Source of the DNA: a virus
Taxonomy: Duplodnaviria > Caudoviricetes
IMG/VR virus record: IMGVR_UViG_3300042475_000999
Span: 1-54,511 of that record
Direction: 5' to 3' (one strand)
DNA: 54,511 bases
Shown here piece by piece: positions 35,466 through 45,070 of the stretch; the stretch's first letter is position 1, and every line of letters begins with the position of its first letter. Made by a program: the position numbers and the translations under genes. Under the pieces are notes generated by a model. That model was not told where the DNA came from. It was given only the letters and a program-made list of their open reading frames with translations, and ran no database searches.

Positions 35466-35915
35466 ATGGCACAAACCTATTTTGGTTCTACCCTGCGTGC
35501 AGGTTCTGGTTCTTTGACTGACACAGTTGACGGCGGTTTCGTCGTTATGATGCAGACAAACACCGTGACCACTGCAGCCGCAGGTACGGCTACTAGCGTT
35601 ACTGAAGTCCTTCCTGCAGGTTCACAGATCATCGATATTTACATTGATACGATGGTTGACGAAGCAGTGGGTGGCGGTACAGCAACAGCTATTGCGGCAA
35701 CAGTAGGGACAGCGGCTGCAGGTACACAATATGTATCTTCTACCGATGTTTTTGCTGGTGGTCGTTTTGTTCCTACATTTACCACAGCTCAACTTGCAGC
35801 TATGGCAGATATTGGCACGAACGTCAACGTCGTTTTGACTGTTGATCCTAACGGCACGATCAGCACAACGCAAGGCGTTTATCGCTTGACAGTTGTGTAT
35901 GCTCAGAAACTTTAA
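35466..35915 (+). CDS. Putative virion structural (head) protein
   Basis: MAQTYF..., LPAGSQIIDI beta-rich protein; AAGGAG SD. Confidence 0.65.
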   Translation: MAQTYFGSTLRAGSGSLTDTVDGGFVVMMQTNTVTTAAAGTATSVTEVLPAGSQIIDIYIDTMVDEAVGGGTATAIAATVGTAAAGTQYVSSTDVFAGGRFVPTFTTAQLAAMADIGTNVNVVLTVDPNGTISTTQGVYRLTVVYAQKL

Positions 35916-35926
35916 GGGGCAACATC

Positions 35927-36379
35927 ATGGGTCAATTTAAACCAATGCCTAAGATGAAAACCACTGAGCCTTCAGTTGAGCTGAAGCTCAAAAAAGGCGG
36001 TGCAGTAGCTAAAAAGGGTATTATTCCTGAAAGCGCTTCTGCACGTGGTGTCCCTATGGCAGCTCGTCGTGGTATGGCTCCTGCCATGCCTTCGCGCGGT
36101 ATTGGTATGGGTGGTATTCCTACAAAAATGGAAACCGGCCCAATGCCAATGATGCGTAAAAAAGGCGGTGAGGTTGAGTCTTCTAAGATGCATAAAGCTG
36201 AGATGTCAGCTATTAAAGGCATTAAGGGCGACATTAAGTCTCATGCTAATAAGCCTGCGTCTAAAGCTCATAAAGGTCTGAAAACTGGTGGAGTAATTGA
36301 GAAGTACGCTACAGGTGGCGTAATTCAAAAGTACAAAACCGGTGGTAAGATGAAAAAAGCTTACGGCGGTTCTTGCTAA
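35927..36379 (+). CDS. Basic low-complexity protein with six xxxGG repeats
   Basis: LKKGGAV, RKKGGEV, LKTGGVI, YATGGVI, YKTGGKM, KAYGGSC. Confidence 0.75.
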   Translation: MGQFKPMPKMKTTEPSVELKLKKGGAVAKKGIIPESASARGVPMAARRGMAPAMPSRGIGMGGIPTKMETGPMPMMRKKGGEVESSKMHKAEMSAIKGIKGDIKSHANKPASKAHKGLKTGGVIEKYATGGVIQKYKTGGKMKKAYGGSC

Positions 36380-36387
36380 TCAAGGTC

Positions 36388-36413
36388 GGGGCTTCGGCCC
36401 CTTCCTTTTAATT
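36388..36413 (+). terminator. Rho-independent terminator
   Basis: ggggc-ttcg-gcccc followed by ttccttttaattt; same 14-mer core as the hairpin at 35430. Confidence 0.7.
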
Positions 36414-36429
36414 TATTTTGGAGAGCCAA

Positions 36430-37209
36430 ATGGCAACCGTAATTTCATCTATTTCGCGCCAAGGCGCGTATGAACCGTTCGAGTTGCAGGTCTCTCGCGG
36501 TCAAATTCAAGGTCACACCACGGTTATTGTTTTTGGGTACAACCCAGATGTGGATACATCTGAAGAAACAATTTGGCCTGATGGTGGTCTTATTCCACAC
36601 CCAACAACTGCATCCGTCTTAAAAATTAGTTCATCCAGCGCCGCCGACACATCTGATGGCACTGGCGCACGAACCGTTTTTATTGAAGGCGTGGACGGCA
36701 ATTTCAACGTGGTAAGCGAGACTGTGATATTGAACGGTCAAACAGCAGTCAATACAACAAACTTGTACCTATATGTGAACAGTTTCTATGTCGCTACAGT
36801 TGGCTCTGGTGGGGCAAACGCAGGCAACATCAATGCTGGTACTGGCACGGTGACATCTGGCGTCCCAGCAGTTTTGTATGACATCATCGCAATTGGTTAC
36901 AACCAGCGCACCACTGGTCATTACTGTGTTCCAGCAGGCTTCACAGGCTACATAACAACAGGTTCAATTTCTGCTGGTCAAGCCACTGGTTCAACTTCTG
37001 TCACTACCTTTCTAAAGCAACACGGCACAGACAACATCTTGCGTGTTGGCGCGGTTGCCGCAGTAAACAATAACGCCGCTGTGTTTGATTTTGTACAGCC
37101 TTACACAATTCCAGAAAAGAACTGTGTCGGAGCATCTGCAATTGGAACCGCCGCAAACAACGCAGTAAGTTCGTACTTTAATATTATTTTGATTAAAGAC
37201 GGTCCTTAA
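36430..37209 (+). CDS. Putative virion structural protein
   Basis: FGYNPDVD..ETIW, SSSSAADT..GTGART..I.GVD.N beta-rich pattern; start set at ATG 36430 after GGAG. Confidence 0.65.
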   Translation: MATVISSISRQGAYEPFELQVSRGQIQGHTTVIVFGYNPDVDTSEETIWPDGGLIPHPTTASVLKISSSSAADTSDGTGARTVFIEGVDGNFNVVSETVILNGQTAVNTTNLYLYVNSFYVATVGSGGANAGNINAGTGTVTSGVPAVLYDIIAIGYNQRTTGHYCVPAGFTGYITTGSISAGQATGSTSVTTFLKQHGTDNILRVGAVAAVNNNAAVFDFVQPYTIPEKNCVGASAIGTAANNAVSSYFNIILIKDGP

Positions 37210-37210
37210 T

Positions 37211-37609
37211 ATGCCAAGCAAATCACCAGCCCAACATCGTTTGATGCAAGCCGCCGCTCACACCAAGGGCGGCTTTGGTGGTGTGCCCCAAAAAGTCGGC
37301 AAAGAGTTTGTGAAAGCAGATAAAAAGATGAAAGATGGTGGTGAGCCAAGACTTTCAGTCTCTCGTGGCGAGAAGCTACCCACAAGTCGTGGGGCTGGCT
37401 TAACTCAAAAAGGCCGCGACAAAATCAATCGTGCAACAGGTTCTAATTTGAAAGCACCTGCGCCTAACCCAAAAACTAAAGCTGATCAAGGTCGTAAGGA
37501 TTCATTCTGTGCTAGAATGTCTGGAATGCCGGGGCCTAAGCGCGATGAAAAAGGCGAGCTTACTCGTAAAGCCGCATCTCTTAAACGTTGGAACTGCCCA
37601 GGGTGGTAA
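37211..37609 (+). CDS. Small basic conserved phage protein (DUF6321-like SFCARM motif)
   Basis: MPSKSPAQHRLM, MKDGGE, GLTQKGR, RKDSFCARMSG..SLKRWNC. Confidence 0.65.
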   Translation: MPSKSPAQHRLMQAAAHTKGGFGGVPQKVGKEFVKADKKMKDGGEPRLSVSRGEKLPTSRGAGLTQKGRDKINRATGSNLKAPAPNPKTKADQGRKDSFCARMSGMPGPKRDEKGELTRKAASLKRWNCPGW

Positions 37610-37612
37610 TGT

Positions 37613-38671
37613 ATGAGCACTAGTGGAACAGTTGGACAGACAACAATTACGGTTCAAAAGCTAATTGATCATGGCGCGCGTCGTTCTGGCAAGCTGGCTG
37701 AAGAGTTAACCAATGAACAAGTATCTGCGGCTAAAGACAGTCTTTACTATTTGCTGTCTAACCTTGCCAATCGCGGAATTCAGTATTGGTGCATTGATAA
37801 GACCGTTGTAGGTCTTAATCCCGATAAATACGTTTACTATTTGCCAACTGGCACGGTGGACGTGCTGAACGCCAACTACCGCACGGTGACAGCTAATAAC
37901 ACTGGTGCGAATAGCTCTTCAGGCAATGCAGCCAACGCTTTTGATGGCCAGTACACTAACATTTGCCAATTAACCAACAACTCGGGTTTTATTGGCATCA
38001 ATAACGGGTCTGGAAATGACATCTACATGGGGACCGTGGGTATACTACCGGCAATATCCGGCTCAGTGACCATCTCAATTCAGTCTTCTACCGATGGCAC
38101 AACATGGACAACGGTTTATAGCCCTGGAGCCGTTACTTGGGCTGCAGGCACATGGCTTTACTATGACTTAGAGCCTTCAGCCAGCACGCCGTATTGGAGA
38201 ATCTTGCAAACAGCAGGGGCCAATATGGGTGTCTATCAGGTGGTATTTGGCTCAAACGCCAATGAAATTCCACTGGCTCGTTTGAATCGTGATGACTACA
38301 CGAACTTGCCTAACAAGAACTTTACAAGCCTTTATCCCTTGCAGTATTGGTTTGACAGAAACATTCCCCAGCCTGCAATGTACTTGTGGCCTGCGCCATC
38401 ATCATTTGCGCCACAACTCGTGGTCTGGAGACATCGTCAAATTCAGGATGTAGGTGATCTATCAGGTGAGATAGAAATTCCTCAGCGATGGTATCTTGCC
38501 GTTCAGAACATGCTTGCGCACCAGATGGCTATGGAGCTGCCTACAGTCCCGGGTGAACGTATTCAGTATCTTGAAGGGCAAGCTGAAAAGTATTGGAATA
38601 TCGCAGAACAGGAAGAAAGAGACAAATCTCCTATTTACTGGGCTCCGAATATTAGTTACTATACAAGGTAA
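37613..38671 (+). CDS. Putative head-tail adaptor with inserted F5/8-type C (discoidin)-like domain
   Basis: Helical N-terminus L..LANRG..W; insert NAFDG..QSSTDGTTWTTV..YWRILQT; C-part YTNLPNK..P.QYWFDR..LWPAP, IPQRWY. Confidence 0.65.
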   Translation: MSTSGTVGQTTITVQKLIDHGARRSGKLAEELTNEQVSAAKDSLYYLLSNLANRGIQYWCIDKTVVGLNPDKYVYYLPTGTVDVLNANYRTVTANNTGANSSSGNAANAFDGQYTNICQLTNNSGFIGINNGSGNDIYMGTVGILPAISGSVTISIQSSTDGTTWTTVYSPGAVTWAAGTWLYYDLEPSASTPYWRILQTAGANMGVYQVVFGSNANEIPLARLNRDDYTNLPNKNFTSLYPLQYWFDRNIPQPAMYLWPAPSSFAPQLVVWRHRQIQDVGDLSGEIEIPQRWYLAVQNMLAHQMAMELPTVPGERIQYLEGQAEKYWNIAEQEERDKSPIYWAPNISYYTR

Positions 38672-38673
38672 GT

Positions 38674-39009
38674 ATGCCACGTACGCTTGATACTCTTGGC
38701 AATGCTGTATTAAGTATTGCAATTTGTGACCGCTGTCACATGAAGAGAGCGTACGTTGAACTGGGACCTGATCCTAATTTCCCGGGCTTAAAAGTCTGTG
38801 ATCATGGGTGCAAAGATCAGTTTGACCCATACCGTTTACCTGCGCGGCAGCCTGAAAAGATTGCACTTAGATTTCCAAGGCCTGATGTTAATATTGCTGT
38901 AGAGCAAGACTCGTTGATCACTGGGCCGTATAATACGTACAATATCTCGCCGGAGCAGAATACTGATGATCCAGAGAATAATGGCAACCTTGATAACCTG
39001 AGTCCGTAA
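38674..39009 (+). CDS. Small Cys-rich (Zn-binding) conserved phage protein
   Basis: AICDRC...VCDHGC.D..DP...PRPD. Confidence 0.7.
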   Translation: MPRTLDTLGNAVLSIAICDRCHMKRAYVELGPDPNFPGLKVCDHGCKDQFDPYRLPARQPEKIALRFPRPDVNIAVEQDSLITGPYNTYNISPEQNTDDPENNGNLDNLSP

Positions 39010-39010
39010 T

Positions 39011-41443
39011 ATGGCCAATATACAAATTACGCAACTGCCAACCGCCGGCGCAATCACAGGCACAGAGTCAGTGCCAATTGTGCAGAATGGCGTCACGGTT
39101 CAGACAACTACAGGCGCCATTGCTGCATCACCTGCGCTAACTGCGACATTCTTAACTAAAAATCAAGAGCCTACACTACCCAATAGCCGCTATTTATCTA
39201 CCAACACTGGTATTACATTGGTTGATGGCGGCGCGCAGTCTTACTATCAAATTGCACTAACAGGCGCGGTTTCTCAGTTAAATGCACTTGGCGGTGGCAT
39301 TGTTGTTAAAGACGGCGCGGGTTCACTGGTTAACCGCGCTATAGCAACTTCAGGTGCGGGTTTAAGTGTTTCTAACGGTGATGGTACTGGTGCTAATCCA
39401 ACGCTTGCTTTAAGTGGCGTGGCAGCGGCTGTAGCAAACTTAGGCGGCACTGGGCTAATGGCTATTGTGAGTGGCTCTACTGTCGCAGGACGCGAGATTC
39501 TTGGAACAGCAAATCAAATTGATGTTGCCAATGGCAATGGCTCAGGCAACCCTACTCTATCATTAGCTTCTAACGCAATATTTCCTGGGACTGGCGCAGT
39601 TACTGTGCCTAACGGCACTACGGCGCAAAAACCAGTAGGCGCAGCAGGTCAAATTCGATACAACACTGACACGCAAGTATTTGAAGGATACGCTAGCGGG
39701 TCATGGAACCCATTTAGTTTGGCTGGAGGTGTTTCTACTTTTAGCGCAGGGTCTACAGGGCTTACGCCTTCTGCCGCTACTGGAGGTGCTGTCACCCTTG
39801 GTGGCGTACTCAATGTAACGAATGGCGGTACTGGTGCAAGTACTTTGACTGGCTACGTTAAGGGTGCCGGTACAGCCGCCATGACTGCCAGCGCTACCAT
39901 CCCCAATACAGACATTACTGGGTTGGGTACGATGTCCACGCAGAATGCCTCTGCTGTTGCGATTACAGGCGGAACTGCTTCTGGTGTTGCGGTAACTGGT
40001 AGCACGATCAACAGCACTCCAATCGGAGCGACAACCCCTTCTACTGGGGTGTTCACGTCTGTCTCTACAACGACAGGCACAATTACAACAACACCATCAA
40101 GTGCCACAGACTTGGTCAACAAGCAATACGTTGATGACCAAGTTGCGGCTGGTATTAACATCCACACAGCTTGCTTGGTCGAGTCTCCAACGCCGCTGAC
40201 GGCGACATATAACCAACCCGGTGGGGCTGGCGTTGGTGTTGGTGCAACATTGACCAATGCAGGCGCACAAGCCGCCTTGGTAATTGACGGCGTGACAATG
40301 GCTGTTAGCAACCGCGTTTTAATTTATACGCAAACAGATGCCACCCAAAACGGCGTTTACACGGTCACCAACATTGGTTCTGGTTCAACGAACTGGGTTT
40401 TGACCCGCTCGACGGACACCGACACCTATGGGTCAAACTCCTCAACACAGTTAGGGCAAGGTTCATATTTCTTCATTCAGAGCGGCGCAACTGGTGCTGG
40501 TGAGTCATATGTATGCAACACCGTAGGCACGATTACGTTTGGCACAACTGCAATTACTTTTGCTCAATTTAGCCAGTCTATTTTGTACAGCGCTGGTACA
40601 GGCTTGACTTTGTCCGCTGGGTATCAGTTCAGCATCACCAACACTGGCGTGTCTGCGGCTACCTACGGTTCTGCTTCACAAGTCCCAGTTTTGGCTGTCA
40701 ATGCTCAGGGTCAAATCACTTCCGTCACCAACACGTCGATTGCCATCGCTTCTGGTGCTGTATCAGGCTTAGCGGCTTCTGCTACTACCGACACTACCAA
40801 CGCCGCCAACATCACCTCTGGAACGCTTCCTACAGGTCGTTTAAGCGGTTCTTACACTGGAATTACTGGTGTTGGTACGCTGACTGCTGGAACATGGAAC
40901 GGTACGGCTATCGGTGTTGCGTACGGTGGTACAGGTTTAACAGCTACACCCACCAATGGTCAGTTGGCTATCGGTAACGGAACTGGCTACACCTTAGCTA
41001 ACTTGACGGCAGGAACAAACGTCAGTATCTCAAATACAGCTGGTGGGATTACGATCTCAGCAACTCCTGCAGCTGGCGGTACTGTGCAAAGCGTGGATGG
41101 CTCAGGCGGTACAACGGGGCTAACGCTTACAGGTGGTCCTATTACCGTGTCAGGTACTTTGACTCTTGGTGGTACGTTAAATGTTGCCAACGGCGGTACA
41201 GGTGCTACAACTTTAGCTGGGTACTTATTTGGCAATGGCACTTCAGCAGTTACTGCTTCTACAACAATTCCTAATACAGCAATCACTGGCTTAGGTACAA
41301 TGTCAACGCAAAACGCTAATACTGTTGCAATCACAGGCGGTGCAATCAATGGCACAATAATTGGCGCTTCAACAGCTGCGGCTGGTAGCTTTACTACTGT
41401 GACTGCCACGAATTACGTTGGCGTATCTGGAGGAACTTTCTAA
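39011..41443 (+). CDS. Tail fibre protein
   Basis: ITQLP N-terminus, G/T/A-rich repeats (VANGGTG, GTMSTQNA), QNGVYTV...W.LTR.TD module. Confidence 0.85.
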   Translation: MANIQITQLPTAGAITGTESVPIVQNGVTVQTTTGAIAASPALTATFLTKNQEPTLPNSRYLSTNTGITLVDGGAQSYYQIALTGAVSQLNALGGGIVVKDGAGSLVNRAIATSGAGLSVSNGDGTGANPTLALSGVAAAVANLGGTGLMAIVSGSTVAGREILGTANQIDVANGNGSGNPTLSLASNAIFPGTGAVTVPNGTTAQKPVGAAGQIRYNTDTQVFEGYASGSWNPFSLAGGVSTFSAGSTGLTPSAATGGAVTLGGVLNVTNGGTGASTLTGYVKGAGTAAMTASATIPNTDITGLGTMSTQNASAVAITGGTASGVAVTGSTINSTPIGATTPSTGVFTSVSTTTGTITTTPSSATDLVNKQYVDDQVAAGINIHTACLVESPTPLTATYNQPGGAGVGVGATLTNAGAQAALVIDGVTMAVSNRVLIYTQTDATQNGVYTVTNIGSGSTNWVLTRSTDTDTYGSNSSTQLGQGSYFFIQSGATGAGESYVCNTVGTITFGTTAITFAQFSQSILYSAGTGLTLSAGYQFSITNTGVSAATYGSASQVPVLAVNAQGQITSVTNTSIAIASGAVSGLAASATTDTTNAANITSGTLPTGRLSGSYTGITGVGTLTAGTWNGTAIGVAYGGTGLTATPTNGQLAIGNGTGYTLANLTAGTNVSISNTAGGITISATPAAGGTVQSVDGSGGTTGLTLTGGPITVSGTLTLGGTLNVANGGTGATTLAGYLFGNGTSAVTASTTIPNTAITGLGTMSTQNANTVAITGGAINGTIIGASTAAAGSFTTVTATNYVGVSGGTF

Positions 41444-42198
41444 TGGCTCAAGCTGGATTCACACCTATATCGCTGTATTTCAGCACAACGGCTGCTGCCG
41501 TTCCGTCTTCAGGCAATCTTGCTAATGGCGAATTGGCAATTAACATTACTGATAAGAAGCTTTACGCAAAAGACAATACCGGTGCGGTATTTTTGCTAGC
41601 GTCTGAGTCAGGCACAACAGGTACAGTTTCAACCGTGTCGGTTGTAAGTGCTAATGGTTTGGCAGGCACTGTTGCAAATGCAACTACAACACCTGCAATT
41701 ACGCTTTCAACAACCATTACTGGTGTTCTAAAGGGTAATGGTACTGCAATTAGCGCGGCAGTATCTGGGACAGATTACGCACCAGCAACAAGCGGTACGT
41801 CAATTCTTTATGGAAATGGCGCAGGCGGGTTCAGCAATGTCACCATTGGCACAGGTGTTACCTTTGCAGGTGGTACGCTATCTGCAACTGGTACAGGCGG
41901 TACAGTAACTTCTGTTGATGTGTCTGGTGGAACTACAGGGTTGACCACAAGCGGTGGCCCAATCACTACATCAGGCACTATCACATTAGCTGGCACACTT
42001 GCTGTTGCTAATGGTGGTACAGGGCAGACATCTTATACCGATGGTCAATTGCTGATTGGTAACTCTACAGGCAACACGTTGACTAAAGCCACCATAACTG
42101 CTGGTACTGGTATTAGCGTTACAAACGCTGGCGGTTCTATTACCATCGCATCAGTTGGTGGTGGCGATAACGCACTTCTTTATTATTTCCTGACTTAA
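41443..42198 (+). CDS. Short tail fibre/adaptor with Mtd-N-like N-terminus
   Basis: P..GNLANGELAINITDKKLY; GTVTSV and VANGGTG repeats. Confidence 0.75.
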   Translation: MAQAGFTPISLYFSTTAAAVPSSGNLANGELAINITDKKLYAKDNTGAVFLLASESGTTGTVSTVSVVSANGLAGTVANATTTPAITLSTTITGVLKGNGTAISAAVSGTDYAPATSGTSILYGNGAGGFSNVTIGTGVTFAGGTLSATGTGGTVTSVDVSGGTTGLTTSGGPITTSGTITLAGTLAVANGGTGQTSYTDGQLLIGNSTGNTLTKATITAGTGISVTNAGGSITIASVGGGDNALLYYFLT

Positions 42199-42207
42199 GG
42201 ATAAATC

Positions 42208-44550
42208 ATGGCACAAACTCCAAAATCAGTTAGCGTAAACGTTCAAGGTTTAACTAACTCTACTATTTACACGGTTCCTGCTCTTAAAACTGCAATTGTC
42301 AGGGCTGTCATTGGCGCAAACGCTAATAACGGTAGTAATACTTTCTCAATATCAAAAGCTATTTCAGGTCAGAACTATCCTATTAGCACAGACCAGATTC
42401 CTATTACTGTTAATGCAACTGGCGGAACTAGCATTCGGAATGTTAATCTATTGCAAGCACCAATTACTATGGCGGCTGGGGAAGAGCTAAAAGCGTATTC
42501 TTCAACATCTAATCTTTACAATTTACCTTCTGTATCTTCAGCAACGCCTACCACAGCCGCTGATGGGTCAACGTATAGTATTTACGCCAATGTGTTTGCA
42601 AACGGCATTTACATGGCGGTTGGTATTTGTACTTCTGGTGCGTATGTAGCAACAAGCACCGATGCGATTACATGGACGCAAAGAACAGGCGCTTTGTCAA
42701 TGGCTGGCCAATTTACTTTACTTTCATGCAATGGTTCAGTTTGGGTAGCCGCTAACTCAGCCAGCAGTCAAGGAACTGTTTTTTACAGCTCAGACAATGG
42801 GGTGACTTGGGCTCCTGCTGTTGTCACCGCTACCTCTACAAATTTTCAGTGCCTAATAGCCAATGGTTCTACTTTTTTAATCAGTTCCTCTGGAACTCAG
42901 AAAATTTATTCTTCTACTAACGGAAGCACTTGGACGGACGTAACGGCGTATACCACAGCAATTGGAAGTAGTACCGCGGCTATATACAACCTTGGTTGGA
43001 CAGGTTCACATTGGATTGTAGAAAACCAATATGGTTCTTTAGCAAGCGCAGACCTTACCACTTGGTTTGGTTATGTGGGTGTGAGTTTGGGTAGGGTAAG
43101 CGTTACAACCGTTTACACAACCACGTATTCTGAGGCGTATAGTAAATATTACTCTACAAAATTGATTGCAGGGCAACCAAACGTATTTTCTTCATCCAAC
43201 GGACTGTTGTGGGAAACAGTGGCATCAATAACGGGGACGACTCCTTATAAAATTTGCTGTGCAGGAACTAACCCAATACTTATTGGGGTTAGAGAATCAA
43301 GCAATACAACCAGATATAAGTCTACAGACGGCTCTACATTTACAACAACAACTTCCGCTGGTAGTTATGTTGGCCCTGTTCATGGGTTGGCAAATGGTTA
43401 CTTTTTGACAATGCAAAACAGTGGCACAAACGATGCTTGTTCATTGAGTACAGACCCAGTAACATCAACAGGAACTACAGGTGGGGGCGCAATTTCTAGT
43501 TTCGTTTTGAGCCACGCCGCCGCAGACCCAGTTTCTGGTAAGTGGATTGGAGTTGGCAAAAATGCAACTAATATCTATGCAATTGGTGGTACTAGTGGAA
43601 CCAATATTGGAACTGCATACAACTCAGCATTGCCTGTGTCGACTTACGGAATTCCAACTTCTGTTACTTGGTCTGCCGCAGACAGTTATTTTTACATGGT
43701 AACTGACACTGGCAATGTATTCAGAATGACTGACTATAACGCTGGATGGACTTTACAAACTGCCAGCAATCAGGTATTCACTGGTTCAACTACATCTATT
43801 AAATCCGTAGGAACAACTTTATATGTTGTAAGTGAAAGCGTTGGTAGCTATTTGGATTATGTATTTTCAAGTTCAACCGCTTCTGGCGGTTCTATTTGGG
43901 GCCTTAACAACTACGGAGCTAACGTTTCATACCGAGGTACGGGTTATGTGCAGAGAGCAGGAATGTATTATGGAGAAACACTTGCTACAAACGGTACAAC
44001 CTTAGTTTGGAATAACTACAGAGGTTTTGCTTTTGCTTTGACACCCTCGGTTAGTCTTTACGGAATGCGTATGCCAGTTCCCACCGTTGGGACTGTTCAA
44101 ACAGTGAATGGCAACCAGTTTATGTATGGTGGGTACGTTGAAGGTGTAGGCGAATATACTGGGTATTTCACGTCTACAAACGTAATAACTACATATGGAA
44201 CTTACACAACCGCTAGGAACAGTGGTACGGCTTATGCATTTGCTGGAATACAACAACCACCAAATAAAATTGCATATTCTGGTAGTGTGTATTATGTTAC
44301 CAGTACTCTTACAAATAGTCTTATATGGAATGGAGCAACGCCTCTGCTACTTGGATCAAATGCCGCACAAGTTGGAACGACAATTGCGGGTGTTACTGTA
44401 GTTAACCCATCAAACGGGTGGATGCTTGATGGAACTAATTTGGTTAGCTCGCCAAACAGTGGAAGATTAAATGCCGTTTGCAAAACATCTACACCAGCCA
44501 ATTTTTTATACTCCGCAACAGTGACGGCATCTATTGTTGAAATTGATTAA
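42208..44550 (+). CDS. Putative receptor-binding protein with Asp-box/BNR beta-propeller
   Basis: STDAITW, SSDNGVTW, SSTNGSTW, SSSNGLLW, STDGSTF repeats; N-terminal IYTVPA and C-terminal ASIVEI segments appear to bracket the insert. Confidence 0.7.
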   Translation: MAQTPKSVSVNVQGLTNSTIYTVPALKTAIVRAVIGANANNGSNTFSISKAISGQNYPISTDQIPITVNATGGTSIRNVNLLQAPITMAAGEELKAYSSTSNLYNLPSVSSATPTTAADGSTYSIYANVFANGIYMAVGICTSGAYVATSTDAITWTQRTGALSMAGQFTLLSCNGSVWVAANSASSQGTVFYSSDNGVTWAPAVVTATSTNFQCLIANGSTFLISSSGTQKIYSSTNGSTWTDVTAYTTAIGSSTAAIYNLGWTGSHWIVENQYGSLASADLTTWFGYVGVSLGRVSVTTVYTTTYSEAYSKYYSTKLIAGQPNVFSSSNGLLWETVASITGTTPYKICCAGTNPILIGVRESSNTTRYKSTDGSTFTTTTSAGSYVGPVHGLANGYFLTMQNSGTNDACSLSTDPVTSTGTTGGGAISSFVLSHAAADPVSGKWIGVGKNATNIYAIGGTSGTNIGTAYNSALPVSTYGIPTSVTWSAADSYFYMVTDTGNVFRMTDYNAGWTLQTASNQVFTGSTTSIKSVGTTLYVVSESVGSYLDYVFSSSTASGGSIWGLNNYGANVSYRGTGYVQRAGMYYGETLATNGTTLVWNNYRGFAFALTPSVSLYGMRMPVPTVGTVQTVNGNQFMYGGYVEGVGEYTGYFTSTNVITTYGTYTTARNSGTAYAFAGIQQPPNKIAYSGSVYYVTSTLTNSLIWNGATPLLLGSNAAQVGTTIAGVTVVNPSNGWMLDGTNLVSSPNSGRLNAVCKTSTPANFLYSATVTASIVEID

Positions 44551-44557
44551 AGGATAA

Positions 44558-44827
44558 ATGATGACTACTATTTACGACGGTGGCCCAGCCAACCCAATCG
44601 GTAACGAATCAGGCATTTCAGTTCGAGATTACTTTGCTACAGCGATTATGACTGGCGTGTACTCTTCAGGTGCTCAAGCAACGATCACCGCTGAAGACGC
44701 ATATCGCGCCGCTGACTTAATGTTGGCAGCTCGTACTGCTGATCTGTACCCAGTTGCCGTGCCAGTGGTAACGCCTGTTGTGGAAGAAACACCAGTTGAC
44801 GAAACACCTACGGAGCCAACAGCATGA
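44558..44827 (+). CDS. Small protein of the GGPA.P...RDYFA...AY..AD.ML.AR family
   Basis: Motif seen directly; AAGGA SD. Confidence 0.7.
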   Translation: MMTTIYDGGPANPIGNESGISVRDYFATAIMTGVYSSGAQATITAEDAYRAADLMLAARTADLYPVAVPVVTPVVEETPVDETPTEPTA

Positions 44828-44973
44828 AGTTACACCTAGACATTGAAGTCGTAAACCAAGTGCTTGGTTATCTTGGAACACGCCCTTACCAAGAGGTGTA
44901 CGGCTTGATCCAAGCGATTCAAGAAGCCGCTAAACCACCTGCGGTAACTGAACCCGACTTAACGGCGGGCTAG
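44824..44973 (+). CDS. 49-aa protein, possible tail fibre chaperone (not in ORF track)
   Basis: MKLHLDIEVVNQVLGYLGTRPYQEVYGLIQAIQEAAK...; ATGA overlap. Confidence 0.65.
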   Translation: MKLHLDIEVVNQVLGYLGTRPYQEVYGLIQAIQEAAKPPAVTEPDLTAG

Positions 44974-44974
44974 C

Positions 44975-45070
44975 ATGTGGGACTGGGCTGAAGCATTTGT
45001 TGCCGCAGCCTGTATAGTGGCCTTCGTTATCTATGGCACTTACATAATTGCATGGAGCTGGGCGTGGTAA
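44975..45070 (+). CDS. 31-aa TM peptide (not in ORF track)
   Basis: MWDWAEAFVAAACIVAFVIYGTYIIAWSWAW; tiles the operon exactly. Confidence 0.5.
   Translation: MWDWAEAFVAAACIVAFVIYGTYIIAWSWAW

Noticed and set aside
41443-42198. Diversity-generating retroelement suggested by the Mtd-like N-terminus
   Set aside because: No reverse transcriptase and no TR/VR repeat pair seen.
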